Virus record (IMG/VR): IMGVR_UViG_3300031867_000048
Span: 854-64,853 of that record
Strand: one strand, 5' to 3'
Source of the DNA: a virus
Lineage: Duplodnaviria > Caudoviricetes
Length of the DNA stretch: 64,000 nt
Shown here: one piece after another, positions 1 through 9,323 of the stretch
How positions within the stretch are numbered: position 1 is the first letter of the stretch
How the letters are laid out: every line of letters begins with the position of its first letter
Position numbers and translations under genes: made by a program
Notes under the pieces: generated by a model
Seen by the model: only the letters and a program-made list of their open reading frames with translations
Told to the model about the DNA's origin: nothing
The model's database searches: none

Positions 1-410
1 TTGATAGAGTGTGCAACGCCGTCGCTGGTCTGAGTGATAGCCTCAGACAGTGTAGTGATAATCGGGCGCTGACCAATCTCATAGTACTTCACCACAATAC
101 TCTTAGACTTCTGTGTCTTGGTGGATGCGCGCAGAATCTGGTCGATAGGACACGACTCCAGTTTCATCTCAACAATGTGCTTGTTGATCTGCTTCACGTA
201 GTAGTCATAGTCCTTGATCTGCTGCTCCATAATCTCCTGTGACTGAGTCAGTGTATTGGCACCAGCTACGCCAGTACCAGGGCCACCAGCCAAGTCACCA
301 ACAGGGTCTGTGATAGCGGGGTCATCAGCCAAAGCATAGACACTGCCGCTGCCCAGGATGATGGCTGCTGCAGCCACCATGAATCCTAGCCATTTCTTGA
401 ACTTTTTCAT
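1..410 (-). CDS. Major capsid protein, N-terminal part (runs off the left edge; missing from the ORF track)
   Basis: Manual translation from ATG at 410: MKKFKKWLGFMVAAAAIILGSGSVYALADDPAITDP...IVEMKLESCPIDQILRASTKTQKSKSIVVKYYEIGQRPI, open to the edge. Resembles the N-terminus of Bacteroidales prophage capsid proteins (recalled family) and follows the scaffold-like gene. Confidence 0.8.
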   Translation of the reverse strand, partial: MKKFKKWLGFMVAAAAIILGSGSVYALADDPAITDPVGDLAGGPGTGVAGANTLTQSQEIMEQQIKDYDYYVKQINKHIVEMKLESCPIDQILRASTKTQKSKSIVVKYYEIGQRPIITTLSEAITQTSDGVAHSI

Positions 411-466
411 TTCTTTGGTGTTTGTTAATTATTAATGTGAATTATCTCGCTTCCCTTTGTTAAGGC

Positions 467-1270
467 TTAGAAGTTTTTCATCCTGTTAAGCTGGCTCAGG
501 TACGGGTCTTTCTTCTCCTCAGCAAGGTTTGGGGTAGCGGCTCCACCTCCAAGGTCGGACGGCATATCGTCGCGCTTCTTCTGCTGGCGCTTCAACATGT
601 CAATCTTCTCGTTCTTGCCTCGCTTGTAGCCCTTCTGCTCAGCATCAGCCATACGGACATCATAGTCCTTAATCTTAAACAGACGGAGGAAGTCATCCTT
701 CTTCAGGTCGAAGTTGGCAGCACGGTTGATAAGACCGTTCTCCTTGTCATAAATCCAGTCAATCAAGTCTTTAACTTGCTCCTGCTTGTAGCCTGCCTCG
801 GCAATGGCAGCATCCAGCTCTGCATCCTCGGCTTCTATCTTGGCTTGTGCGGCTGCGCGAACTTTCTCCTCTTCCTCTGCGGCATGCTCTGCGTCCTTCT
901 TGGCCTGCTTGCGTTTAGCCTGACCTTCTTTCAGCTTCTTCTTGGCAGTCTCGTTGTTCTCAATCCAGTCCAGGAAGAAATCCATGTGATTGTCAAACAG
1001 ATACTCTGTCAGGTCGAAGTCGCTGCCATCAGCGTTCTTACCACTCATCATACCTGCCATCATCTCTGGGGCAAAGTCATTCTCCTGCATGGCCTTGTTG
1101 AAACGCTCCATCTTCTGCTTGTCAGCATCGTAGGCTTCAAGGTCACCAAGTATTGCACCTCCCAGAGCCTCATCATCATCAACGTTAAGCTCAGGATTGG
1201 CACCCTTATAGCGCTCTGCAAGTCGCTGGCGGCTTGTCAGTTGTGCCTGATTTTTATTTTCTTTTGCCAT
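467..1270 (-). CDS. Putative capsid scaffolding protein
   Basis: 267 aa, charged and coiled-coil-like, immediately upstream of the MCP in the same operon. Confidence 0.6.
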   Translation of the reverse strand: MAKENKNQAQLTSRQRLAERYKGANPELNVDDDEALGGAILGDLEAYDADKQKMERFNKAMQENDFAPEMMAGMMSGKNADGSDFDLTEYLFDNHMDFFLDWIENNETAKKKLKEGQAKRKQAKKDAEHAAEEEEKVRAAAQAKIEAEDAELDAAIAEAGYKQEQVKDLIDWIYDKENGLINRAANFDLKKDDFLRLFKIKDYDVRMADAEQKGYKRGKNEKIDMLKRQQKKRDDMPSDLGGGAATPNLAEEKKDPYLSQLNRMKNF

Positions 1271-1299
1271 ATTTTTATGCGTGAATTGTTAATTTGTCA

Positions 1300-1342
1300 C
1301 AAAAATATAGCATTTTATCGTGGTACTCTTTATAAAATATAT
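1300..1342 (-). promoter_or_regulatory. Late-type promoter for the scaffold/MCP/tail operon
   Basis: Minus strand: TTTTATAA (1337-1330), 22 nt, TATTTTTG (1307-1300). Confidence 0.75.
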
Positions 1343-1402
1343 ATTTTAATTATTATTTTTGCAAACTATTATAGTTGTTAATCATATAAAGTGTAGTTGT
1401 TA

Positions 1403-1828
1403 ATGGCAAGACATAAGGCCTCTGTTTCACAAATCTACATAGAGCGCGACAAAAAAGTTCTACCTGAGCTTATACGTCACGCAAAACATCTGGCGACATA
1501 TCCTACCACAATGAATGCACTATACAAGATTGCTGCTGACCTGCCGACAAAGCGTTTCTACGTAGGCGATGACGCTGCAATATGGTATATGCGAAGACGA
1601 TTATTCTACAAAAAGACACCTAAGTTCATCAATCCGTACAAACAGCGTCTCTTCGAAGCGCTTTTTGAAGAGGTGACGAAAATGATGAATAGCGAGAAAT
1701 ACAAAACGATAGGATGGAAAAATACAACACTCCTGGCACTGTTGCGTCCTGCGCCGTGTGTGGGCCTCACTCCATCCGTCATAGGAATCCTTACCCGCGA
1801 ACCAAACAGGAAGAAGAGAAATGAATAA
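1403..1828 (+). CDS. Conserved hypothetical protein heading the terminase operon (possible DNA-binding regulator)
   Basis: Basic 141-aa ORF with ATG at 1403, divergent from the scaffold gene. Function is inferred only. Confidence 0.6.
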   Translation: MARHKASVSQIYIERDKKVLPELIRHAKHLATYPTTMNALYKIAADLPTKRFYVGDDAAIWYMRRRLFYKKTPKFINPYKQRLFEALFEEVTKMMNSEKYKTIGWKNTTLLALLRPAPCVGLTPSVIGILTREPNRKKRNE

Positions 1829-2303
1829 GTTTCGTATCACACTGATAGTCTGCATCTTCATGGCGGCACTCATTCCGAATACTGACGAGCTGGCGGTGTC
1901 GGACAATAGTCCGCTTTATACCCATTTCGTATATATCCTAGGACATGACGGTTTCCTGCACTACGCCATCAATGCGTGGTCACTGCTGGTCATGCACAAC
2001 CTTTTTCGCTGGTACAGGGTATTGACGGCATACCTCTTTGCCGTGCTTGTCTCGTTTGTTGCACTACCTGCACAACCCATGGTTGGTGCATCGGTCTTTA
2101 CCTGTTTCTTCTTTGGCTTCACGGCTCCCTGGCTGTGGCATAAAGAACGCCTGTTGCTCTGCATGACAGTGGGTCTGCTATTGCTCACCTGTATACTCCC
2201 AGGATTTGCTGGCATCCCTCACGTCGCTGCCTTTGCCTTTGGTGTGTTTTTCTCCTATCTGGAGGCATTTATCCGTAATATCCATCATTATCTCAACAGC
2301 TAG
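1821..2303 (+). CDS. Rhomboid-family intramembrane serine protease
   Basis: Several hydrophobic helices; HxxxxHxxxN (HDGFLHYAIN), catalytic GAS (VGASV) and catalytic His (IPHVAAF..G). Confidence 0.8.
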   Translation: MNKFRITLIVCIFMAALIPNTDELAVSDNSPLYTHFVYILGHDGFLHYAINAWSLLVMHNLFRWYRVLTAYLFAVLVSFVALPAQPMVGASVFTCFFFGFTAPWLWHKERLLLCMTVGLLLLTCILPGFAGIPHVAAFAFGVFFSYLEAFIRNIHHYLNS

Positions 2304-2336
2304 TGTGTTCGCTGGTTTCATCAGCGAGAAAAGAAT

Positions 2337-4541
2337 ATGAGCAAGGAACCTACCATACAGAAGCAGAAAGAGATACCCATGAAGGTGCTGACGCAGATCA
2401 TCCTCATGGATATCCTGCGTATGAAGAAGCTCCTCACTCCCTACAATCCCATCACAGGAAAGGATGCTCCTGGCAAACGTGTACGGGTGGTCTTGGCCGA
2501 CTTCCTGCACGGTCAGGAGATGTGGGTACCTGTGGAGATGTTCCGTAGCAAGTTCTTCCGTGCACTGGTCAACTGTGGAACCATCAGCGACTATGTCTCT
2601 CGCTATCTCTATGATGAAGACCCAGAGAATGCACGCAAGGCTGTGGTACATCGCCTCATCCGTCTGCGCTGCCGTCATGACTTCTACTTCTTTGCAGGCG
2701 CGTATGCACGTATAAAGAATAAGGAGGGTGGCGAGGATATTCCTTTCTACCTGCGTCCTGCTCAGGTGAAGCTGTGCATGGTCTTTGAGAAGCTGCGTCT
2801 GGAAGGAAAGTCCATACGTGTCATTCTCTTGAAGTGTCGCCAGTGGGGTGGTTCCACCCTGACGGATATCTACATGGCGTGGATTATGCTCTTCTGGAAG
2901 ACTCACTGGAACTGCAACATCGTGGGTCACCAGTCTACGTCGGCCATCAACGTGTTCAACATGTACGAGCGCCTGATTAATGCACTGCCAGGATGGTTGT
3001 TCTTTGATATCGGGGAACCAATGCCTGAGGATTTCAAGAAAATCAAGGGCGACAAGAATCCGAATATCAAGTATCTGGCTCCTCGCAACTGCATGATACA
3101 GACTGGCTCAGCACTCAATCCTGAGTCGGCACGTTCCTCTGACGTGGCCATGGCCCATATCACAGAGGAAGCGTTCTTCCCGAATACAGAGAAGTGGACT
3201 CCTGCTCAGGTGGTGAAGTCAGTGGTGTCACCTATCGGCAACCAGCCCTACACCTTTATTGTCCGTGAGTCCACACCGAATGGCATGGAGAATGAGTACC
3301 ATGACGAATGGGTGCGTGCCAACAGCAAGGATAAAGAGGGAAAACCGCTGTCATCCTACCTGCCAGTCTTCGTGGCGTGGTTTGAGATTGAGTCATACAT
3401 CAAGCCTTTCAAGGATGACGATGAACGCGCAGACTTCGCCATCTGGCTCTGGCGCCATCGCAAAGATGATACGGGCTATGGTGCTTACTTCTGGCATCTG
3501 TATGAGATAGGCGCTTCGCTGGAGGGTATCAACTGGTACATTGAGAAGCTGAAAGACTACGCCTCTATCGAGGATATGCAACAGGAATATCCGTCGGATG
3601 CTATCGAGGCGTTCAAATACTCAGGTAAGGCAGTCTTCGACATTTATAAGGTGGAACAGCTGCGTGCCGACTGCTGCGATCCTATCTTCATCGGCGACAT
3701 CGAAGGTGACAGCTACGACCCCACCAAGGAGGCTATCGCTCCCAGTGTGTCTGGCGGTTCCGTCCCCAGAACCAAGAAGTACGAGAAGTACGCCTGCATG
3801 CAAAACCTCAGACTGGTACAACAGCCGAATGGATTCCTGCGGGTGTGGGACTACCCGGACTTCTCAGAGACTGTCAAGCATCGCTACCTGATAGCAGTGG
3901 ATATCGGTGGCTCCCACAAAACTTCCGACTGGTCAAGCATCGTAGTCTTTGACCGCTACGATGTCATGTACGGCGGCTATCCTGCCGTGGTAGCAGAGTG
4001 GCATGGTCACTGTAATCCAGACCAGCTGGCTATGAAGTGTGCTCAGCTGGCCCACTTCTATCAGGATGCTTTCCTAGTGGTGGAGAATAACACTGCCTAC
4101 TCAAAGATGAATGATACTGACGGCGATGTGTCTGAGCTGTTCTTCCCTATCCTTGTGCCACTGTATGACAATCTCTACAACAGCAATCACTCCAAGAAGC
4201 TGAAGCATCGCCAGAAGGAAATGACGTGGGGTTTCAATACCAATACCGCTACCAAGGTGGCCATCGTCCAGAACCTTGTCAGTATCATCCGTGACCGTAA
4301 GTACCTGGAACGTGAAGAAGAGTGTCTGAACGAATATGCCTACTACATGCAATATCCCAATGGTAAGTACGGCAACGTGCCAGGAAAGCATGATGACCGT
4401 GTCATGTCCCGTGGCATTGGCCTGCTCGTAGAGAAAGAAATGCCACTACCAGAAATCGTAGTCCAAAAGACTGCCGAAGAGGTGGCCCGTGAAAAGCTAC
4501 GTAAGAAGAAACCTGTCGCTCCAGAACTTATTAACGTATAA
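2337..4541 (+). CDS. terL: Terminase large subunit
   Basis: LLKCRQWGGST Walker A, AHITEEAF Walker B, VRESTPNG, nuclease IAVDIGG, VVENN and KHDDRVM motifs. Confidence 0.93.
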   Translation: MSKEPTIQKQKEIPMKVLTQIILMDILRMKKLLTPYNPITGKDAPGKRVRVVLADFLHGQEMWVPVEMFRSKFFRALVNCGTISDYVSRYLYDEDPENARKAVVHRLIRLRCRHDFYFFAGAYARIKNKEGGEDIPFYLRPAQVKLCMVFEKLRLEGKSIRVILLKCRQWGGSTLTDIYMAWIMLFWKTHWNCNIVGHQSTSAINVFNMYERLINALPGWLFFDIGEPMPEDFKKIKGDKNPNIKYLAPRNCMIQTGSALNPESARSSDVAMAHITEEAFFPNTEKWTPAQVVKSVVSPIGNQPYTFIVRESTPNGMENEYHDEWVRANSKDKEGKPLSSYLPVFVAWFEIESYIKPFKDDDERADFAIWLWRHRKDDTGYGAYFWHLYEIGASLEGINWYIEKLKDYASIEDMQQEYPSDAIEAFKYSGKAVFDIYKVEQLRADCCDPIFIGDIEGDSYDPTKEAIAPSVSGGSVPRTKKYEKYACMQNLRLVQQPNGFLRVWDYPDFSETVKHRYLIAVDIGGSHKTSDWSSIVVFDRYDVMYGGYPAVVAEWHGHCNPDQLAMKCAQLAHFYQDAFLVVENNTAYSKMNDTDGDVSELFFPILVPLYDNLYNSNHSKKLKHRQKEMTWGFNTNTATKVAIVQNLVSIIRDRKYLEREEECLNEYAYYMQYPNGKYGNVPGKHDDRVMSRGIGLLVEKEMPLPEIVVQKTAEEVAREKLRKKKPVAPELINV
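3746..3770 (+). repeat. Footed hairpin element inside terL
   Basis: TGTG-TCTGGCG-GTTCCGT-CCCCAGA. Confidence 0.65.
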
Positions 4542-4545
4542 CAAT

Positions 4546-5031
4546 ATGAAAAAATCTATCAAACATTCCATCCTCAACATCCTGTTCGCATGCTACGAAC
4601 CAGTGATCACCCGTATTGAGAAGTTTCGTGCTACGATGATGTGGCGCGACGGTGTCAAACAATGCATTAAGATGTACAAAGAACTGGCATCGCCTCGCGT
4701 CTACCTGTTCTACGACCAGAAGCATATGGTATGGGCACCGATGACCTACGAACCCAACAAAGGTCTCAAACCGTCACTGCGCATACTCCGTCGCATGGGC
4801 AAGGCCCGTGGCGTGGCAAAGATACAGGGTGTAGAAGGAATGAAAGAGTATAGCTTCTACTATACTCCTTCGAAGTGGGGTGCTCTTGGTTGTGACGAAG
4901 ACAACCGTGTGCGCACTGAAAAGCTAGCAAAGTGGATTGCGTACTACATGACGCACCTGTCAGAACCTATGCGGAAGTGCCAGGCGTTCCGATCGTCGGC
5001 ATCAGGCTCCCACCGTCGCCAGAATTACTAA
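4546..5031 (+). CDS. Hypothetical protein
   Basis: ATG 5 nt after the terL stop; basic 161-aa ORF. Confidence 0.65.
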   Translation: MKKSIKHSILNILFACYEPVITRIEKFRATMMWRDGVKQCIKMYKELASPRVYLFYDQKHMVWAPMTYEPNKGLKPSLRILRRMGKARGVAKIQGVEGMKEYSFYYTPSKWGALGCDEDNRVRTEKLAKWIAYYMTHLSEPMRKCQAFRSSASGSHRRQNY

Positions 5032-7024
5032 TCGTATCGGAACCATTCTGTCGGCTGGCAACACCTGGGGCCGTTCCTGTCGGGGCGGCTCCGGCCTGCG
5101 CCTGCATCTGTGCCAGCTGCATTTTCTCCTGATGGTGCTCCTCGGCCATGCGCTTCAGGCGGGCAGTATCTCCGAAATCAGCGGCATCCAGCATCTGTAC
5201 AAAGGCTATCTCGTCCTTCTCGTAGGCTTGGTATGCCAGCTCCTTCAGGTCTTCACGGATGACGGCGCTGTTCATATCCAGCGTCAGTGTCAGGTCACAC
5301 TCAATGTCGCCCATGGTCTCAGGATTGAAGTACTTCCAGACATCCTCACCCGTAATCTGTACGCTGCGGTGGCTGTCGTAGAAGCATTGAATAATCCATA
5401 CCTGCTTCTTGGCTACTCTGAGCTTGAAGTTGTTATATGACATCACGTAGTCGGCAATACCTGTGGCGCTGGCTTGCTGCTCTGCCATATAGCGACGGGC
5501 ACTGGTTCCTGCGGTAGGCGCTGCTCCCTGCAAGGCACTCTGCACATTCGACTGCTGCTGTACCAAATCTTTGTCACGATTAAGTATCAGGTCAATACCT
5601 GCTGGCAGACTCTTGTTCTGCAAGGCTTGCGGCGGGTTGCCACCTTTCTTGGAGCTGTAGAGTACTACACCGTCTACCTTGACATAGTTCTCTACCATCT
5701 CTTCGATACCCTGTATCTCACCAAAGGACTCCTCATCAATAGCCAGAGCACCCTTGGCACTGTTCATCAGGATAAAGTCCAGCAGGATATTGTCGTGGTT
5801 GTACTGGCGCTGCTTGTCAATGATACGGTCTTCAAACGAGCGTATCTCTCCTCTCATGCCGTATGCCAGGAATACGTACGGATGGAAATAGAACGAATAA
5901 CCGTCACGCTGCACCTTATACGGGCTGACACCTTCCTCCAGCAGATAGCCATTGGGGGAGATAAAGCGGTAGTACCACATCTCTTCAATGCGTGGCTCAT
6001 ACTCTATCAGCTCCAACTCTTCAACAGGAACGTAATAGGTGGGGTTGCCTGCCTCGTCAAGGATGGGCACGCCGTTGGCATCCCTGCGGATATTATCCAG
6101 ACGGCGCTGGTTGTTCTCAGCATCAATGGCTTTCTTATCTGCCAGCGGACGGAAACCACAGGTAGCATTCAGTCTGTCATGACACCACAATGCTCTGTTA
6201 TACTCCTTGCGCCAGATCTCAATGACTCTGTACTTACCCATCACGGACGGATGCAAGAAGTCCCAGATGCGGTCGCTCTGGTTCATGCCAGTATCGTTAT
6301 GGCCTGTCAGCGGCTGTTCACTGGCTGCTGCGGTATAGATATCTGTCAGCTTCTTCTCATCGCCAGGCTTGCGATAGAACTGTGTCAGCATCTGTGGCCA
6401 TGTGAGGTCGTGGGCCTCAGCGATAAACTCCAGCTCCTCCAGGTCGCTGCTCTGGAAAGGTGGCAGTGCCAGCAGGAACGGGTCAACAGTATCGACATAT
6501 ACATCTTCCCTGCCGTTGCGAAATGCCCAGTGGGGCTTCATACAGGTAAATCCCAAGCTGGTATGGCCTTCAAAACCTTCAGCATGCTTCTCAGACATGT
6601 TGTTGGTATTGTCGTTCTTACGCAAAAACTCACTGAAGATAAGAGCGTAGTCACCTTCATTGGCATCGGTATTCTTCACCTTTGCCGACATGTACTGATT
6701 ACGCATATAACCCTTGATAGACACCATCTTGTCAGTGATAATATCACTGGATAGCGGGGCCATACCCTTCATCTCCATATAGTCATGCACCGTCATAGTC
6801 ATACCATTATAGACCACGGTATCGTTCAACTGCCTACCCATATAGTAGTCAATGTCCCTGATGAACTTCTTGTGCAAGTCATGCATCTGACTATGATAGT
6901 AGTTGGCTATCTGCACCATCTGCAGATATTCCGCGCTGTTATTGAAGCGCTCATGGTTGTAGCCCTTGCTACTATTCACGCCCTGTTCTTCAGTACGTGT
7001 AGCATCGTTATACATTCTGCCCAT
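4967..7024 (-). CDS. Portal protein (P22-like)
   Basis: About 685 aa. DYYMGRQ, IDKQRQYNH.. and NSAKGALAIDE segments and a Q-rich C-terminus typical of podovirus portals; ATG at 7024 downstream of a late promoter. Confidence 0.85.
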   Translation of the reverse strand: MGRMYNDATRTEEQGVNSSKGYNHERFNNSAEYLQMVQIANYYHSQMHDLHKKFIRDIDYYMGRQLNDTVVYNGMTMTVHDYMEMKGMAPLSSDIITDKMVSIKGYMRNQYMSAKVKNTDANEGDYALIFSEFLRKNDNTNNMSEKHAEGFEGHTSLGFTCMKPHWAFRNGREDVYVDTVDPFLLALPPFQSSDLEELEFIAEAHDLTWPQMLTQFYRKPGDEKKLTDIYTAAASEQPLTGHNDTGMNQSDRIWDFLHPSVMGKYRVIEIWRKEYNRALWCHDRLNATCGFRPLADKKAIDAENNQRRLDNIRRDANGVPILDEAGNPTYYVPVEELELIEYEPRIEEMWYYRFISPNGYLLEEGVSPYKVQRDGYSFYFHPYVFLAYGMRGEIRSFEDRIIDKQRQYNHDNILLDFILMNSAKGALAIDEESFGEIQGIEEMVENYVKVDGVVLYSSKKGGNPPQALQNKSLPAGIDLILNRDKDLVQQQSNVQSALQGAAPTAGTSARRYMAEQQASATGIADYVMSYNNFKLRVAKKQVWIIQCFYDSHRSVQITGEDVWKYFNPETMGDIECDLTLTLDMNSAVIREDLKELAYQAYEKDEIAFVQMLDAADFGDTARLKRMAEEHHQEKMQLAQMQAQAGAAPTGTAPGVASRQNGSDTISNSGDGGSLMPTIGTPGTSA

Positions 7025-7048
7025 TGCTTGTCTGATTTTTATTTTGCG

Positions 7049-7139
7049 CAAAAATAAGAAAGATTACATACGTGCGCGTTATAAAATGTATATCATATAT
7101 ATTTTATAATCTTTTATCCGTTCATCATTGCTATCTTTG
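7049..7139. promoter_or_regulatory. Back-to-back pair of late-type promoters
   Basis: Minus: TTTTATAA (7086-7079)-N22-TATTTTTG (7056-7049). Plus: TTTTATAA (7102-7109)-N22-TATCTTTG (7132-7139). Confidence 0.8.
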
Positions 7140-7151
7140 CCACAAATAAAC

Positions 7152-7176
7152 AGTGCGGCGTGGTTCTGTCATGCCG
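7152..7176 (+). repeat. Footed hairpin element (5' UTR)
   Basis: AGTG-CGGCGTG-GTTCTGT-CATGCCG. Confidence 0.8.
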
Positions 7177-7194
7177 ATAAAAAACATAAGCAAT

Positions 7195-7653
7195 ATGGCA
7201 AAGAAAGTAAAAATCATGGAAGCGTGCGTCATCACTACCGATGACAAAGGACAGCGCACACTCGTTGGCAATGCTAAGGAGGCTCTTACCACGCTTACGA
7301 AGAACAAAATCGACGTAACCATCTGCCTGGAGAATACCAGCAAGGAGGATGCTGAGAAGTTCCTGAAGGATAATAACGTACCCTATAAAGAGCTTGCCAC
7401 TCCCTCTGAGCTGTCAGAGGGTAAGGAGAAGTTTGATGCCTGCGTCATTCCTGACAACAATGTGGTGGTACTCCGCGATGACTGGCAGTGGGCCATGAAC
7501 AGTGTCGTTGACAAGCTCTTCGACAACAGAGAGAAAGAACCTCAAAAGTCTGAACAGGAAAAGATGGACGAGCGTTTCAAGGACTACAAGCGCTGGGCTG
7601 ACGAAGCAAACGCTGCACGTAAGAAAAAGAGTGGCGATAACGTCATTGCTTAA
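7195..7653 (+). CDS. HAD-fold-like protein, apparently lacking the catalytic DxD
   Basis: GNAKEALTTL..IDVTI..FLKDNNVPY..FDACVIPDNNVVVLRDDWQW resembles small phage HAD proteins; the N-terminal motif reads IMEACV. Confidence 0.45.
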   Translation: MAKKVKIMEACVITTDDKGQRTLVGNAKEALTTLTKNKIDVTICLENTSKEDAEKFLKDNNVPYKELATPSELSEGKEKFDACVIPDNNVVVLRDDWQWAMNSVVDKLFDNREKEPQKSEQEKMDERFKDYKRWADEANAARKKKSGDNVIA

Positions 7654-7657
7654 TCAC

Positions 7658-7682
7658 TGTGTGTCGTGGCTCCGTCACGGCA
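7658..7682 (+). repeat. Footed hairpin element (intergenic)
   Basis: TGTG-TGTCGTG-GCTCCGT-CACGGCA. Confidence 0.8.
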
Positions 7683-7699
7683 ATTAAAATATCATCACC

Positions 7700-8596
7700 A
7701 TGCCAAAGTTAACAGTCACCATCCGACGTAGCAATATCTACCATATCGCAGAGGGTATCAGCACAACGATCTCCCTGCATAATGGTGGTACACCTACCTT
7801 CGAACAGCTGTGGGCCTCTCCTGACGAAGCAAAGAAGCTGGATATATACTACCGTGAAGCTATCAGCGACCTGGAGCGCCAGCTGACGGTATGGATTAAG
7901 GAGACCTCTGCACAGTTCAATCTCACTCAGGATGGCACAGACTATACGCTGGCTCTGCACATGAGCCGCTTCTGGCCAACACGCCTGGAAGGATTGTTAG
8001 ACAACAAGCTACAGGACTATCTGGTACATGCTGTCACTGCGGGATGGCTTAACGACTTTGCAGGACTGGAAATCAAGCAGGACTATCAGGCCATGGCGGG
8101 CCAAGACCTGCAGGACATCCGTTCCATCATCTGCAAGCGGGAATACGATTTCCATGGTGACGAGCGCCAGACAAACACAGACAAAGGCAGAAACGACATT
8201 CAGGCTGCTGAGCGCACAGCAGAAACAGAGAAAGACGGGCCACTCTTCCGTCCTGAGGTAGGCTTGCGTCGTGCTGACAACGTCCAGAAGACGGACAATG
8301 ACAACACGCCACCCTACTGCCGTCCGAAGAACCTGCGCCACCGCGACAACGACATCGTGGATACTCGTAGCGACTATACGGACTGGAGTGGTACAGGCAT
8401 CGCCTACAGAGATCAGCGTCCTGCATGCGCTCCCGTTCCTCCTCCGTGCCCTCCTCCACCTCCAAGGAAGAAAGACCCACGAATCCCAGACAATCCCACT
8501 CACCCCAACTATCCTCCCATTCACACCGATGGCATAGACTGGGATGATAGATGCTTATACGACGAAGAAGGTTCTGAAAATTACATCAACAATTAA
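7700..8596 (+). CDS. Virion structural protein (head-tail adaptor-like) with Pro-rich C-terminal extension
   Basis: 298-aa ORF in the structural region; PVPPPCPPPPP tail. Confidence 0.5.
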   Translation: MPKLTVTIRRSNIYHIAEGISTTISLHNGGTPTFEQLWASPDEAKKLDIYYREAISDLERQLTVWIKETSAQFNLTQDGTDYTLALHMSRFWPTRLEGLLDNKLQDYLVHAVTAGWLNDFAGLEIKQDYQAMAGQDLQDIRSIICKREYDFHGDERQTNTDKGRNDIQAAERTAETEKDGPLFRPEVGLRRADNVQKTDNDNTPPYCRPKNLRHRDNDIVDTRSDYTDWSGTGIAYRDQRPACAPVPPPCPPPPPRKKDPRIPDNPTHPNYPPIHTDGIDWDDRCLYDEEGSENYINN

Positions 8597-8608
8597 CAAC
8601 ATACTAAT

Positions 8609-9310
8609 ATGAACGAGAAGAAAATATCATTGACCTTCAGCTTAGAGGAGGTAACAAACGACGTACTGGTGAAATGCAATCAGATAAGTCAGTCCATCCG
8701 CGAAGAAGCTATGGATGATATCAAGGCTAACGTGCTGGGACCAGACAATCCTGAGTCACGCTCTATCATCAACCGTGCCGTCACTGAGGCTTTTGGAGAA
8801 GTCAAAGCATTGTGCCAGCGCTATCTGAAACAGGGCCGTACCATTGATGACAATACACTGGAACGTATGGTGCGTAGTGTCACTTACGTCAAGGAACGGG
8901 CCAAGGATGCCCAAGGTCACCCACTATACGCCTGCACTGTCAGCGGCGTAGAGACAGAGGTGTACCAGGAAGACCACGTCTGGAAGGATGCCATCACTGG
9001 AAACACCGTTGACCCTGACGAGACTCCTCTGCCTATCTTGGTAGACACTGACGAAATCGACACCATTACCTATGAGGAAATTCTTCTGGAGCTGTTTATC
9101 CCCAACTTCAACGTAGGTGTCACTGACCACCTGAAGTCAATGATACACAAGTTCGTGGTGGACTACATCATGGCTCGCTTCCTGCAAGACCAGCTGGCAG
9201 ACAAAGCTGGTGAGTACAAAGGACTGGCCGAAGGTGAAGACCGTTCTCTTATCATTCGCGACCTCAACGCCCGCGAGCGCTTCAACTTTCGCAAACCATC
9301 ATGGGTATAA
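8609..9310 (+). CDS. Virion structural protein (adaptor-like)
   Basis: 233 aa with a helical pattern similar to the preceding gene (EAISDLERQL vs EAFGEVKAL; LQDYLVHAV vs IHKFVVDYI). Confidence 0.5.
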   Translation: MNEKKISLTFSLEEVTNDVLVKCNQISQSIREEAMDDIKANVLGPDNPESRSIINRAVTEAFGEVKALCQRYLKQGRTIDDNTLERMVRSVTYVKERAKDAQGHPLYACTVSGVETEVYQEDHVWKDAITGNTVDPDETPLPILVDTDEIDTITYEEILLELFIPNFNVGVTDHLKSMIHKFVVDYIMARFLQDQLADKAGEYKGLAEGEDRSLIIRDLNARERFNFRKPSWV

Positions 9311-9323
9311 CAACAGTACTGCC

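Noticed and set aside
5060-5100. GC-rich stretch at the portal C-terminus, and CCACCACT-palindromes at 49330 and 52860, as further hairpin-family members
   Set aside because: No clear GTG foot or 7-bp stem geometry; too degenerate to count.
5474-6754. 426-aa plus-strand ORF opposite the portal, and many similar long antisense ORFs (17252-18793, 26300-27964, 37426-38361, 56364-57125)
   Set aside because: Shadow frames exactly antisense to well-supported genes; L/V/H-rich composition, no motifs, no promoters.
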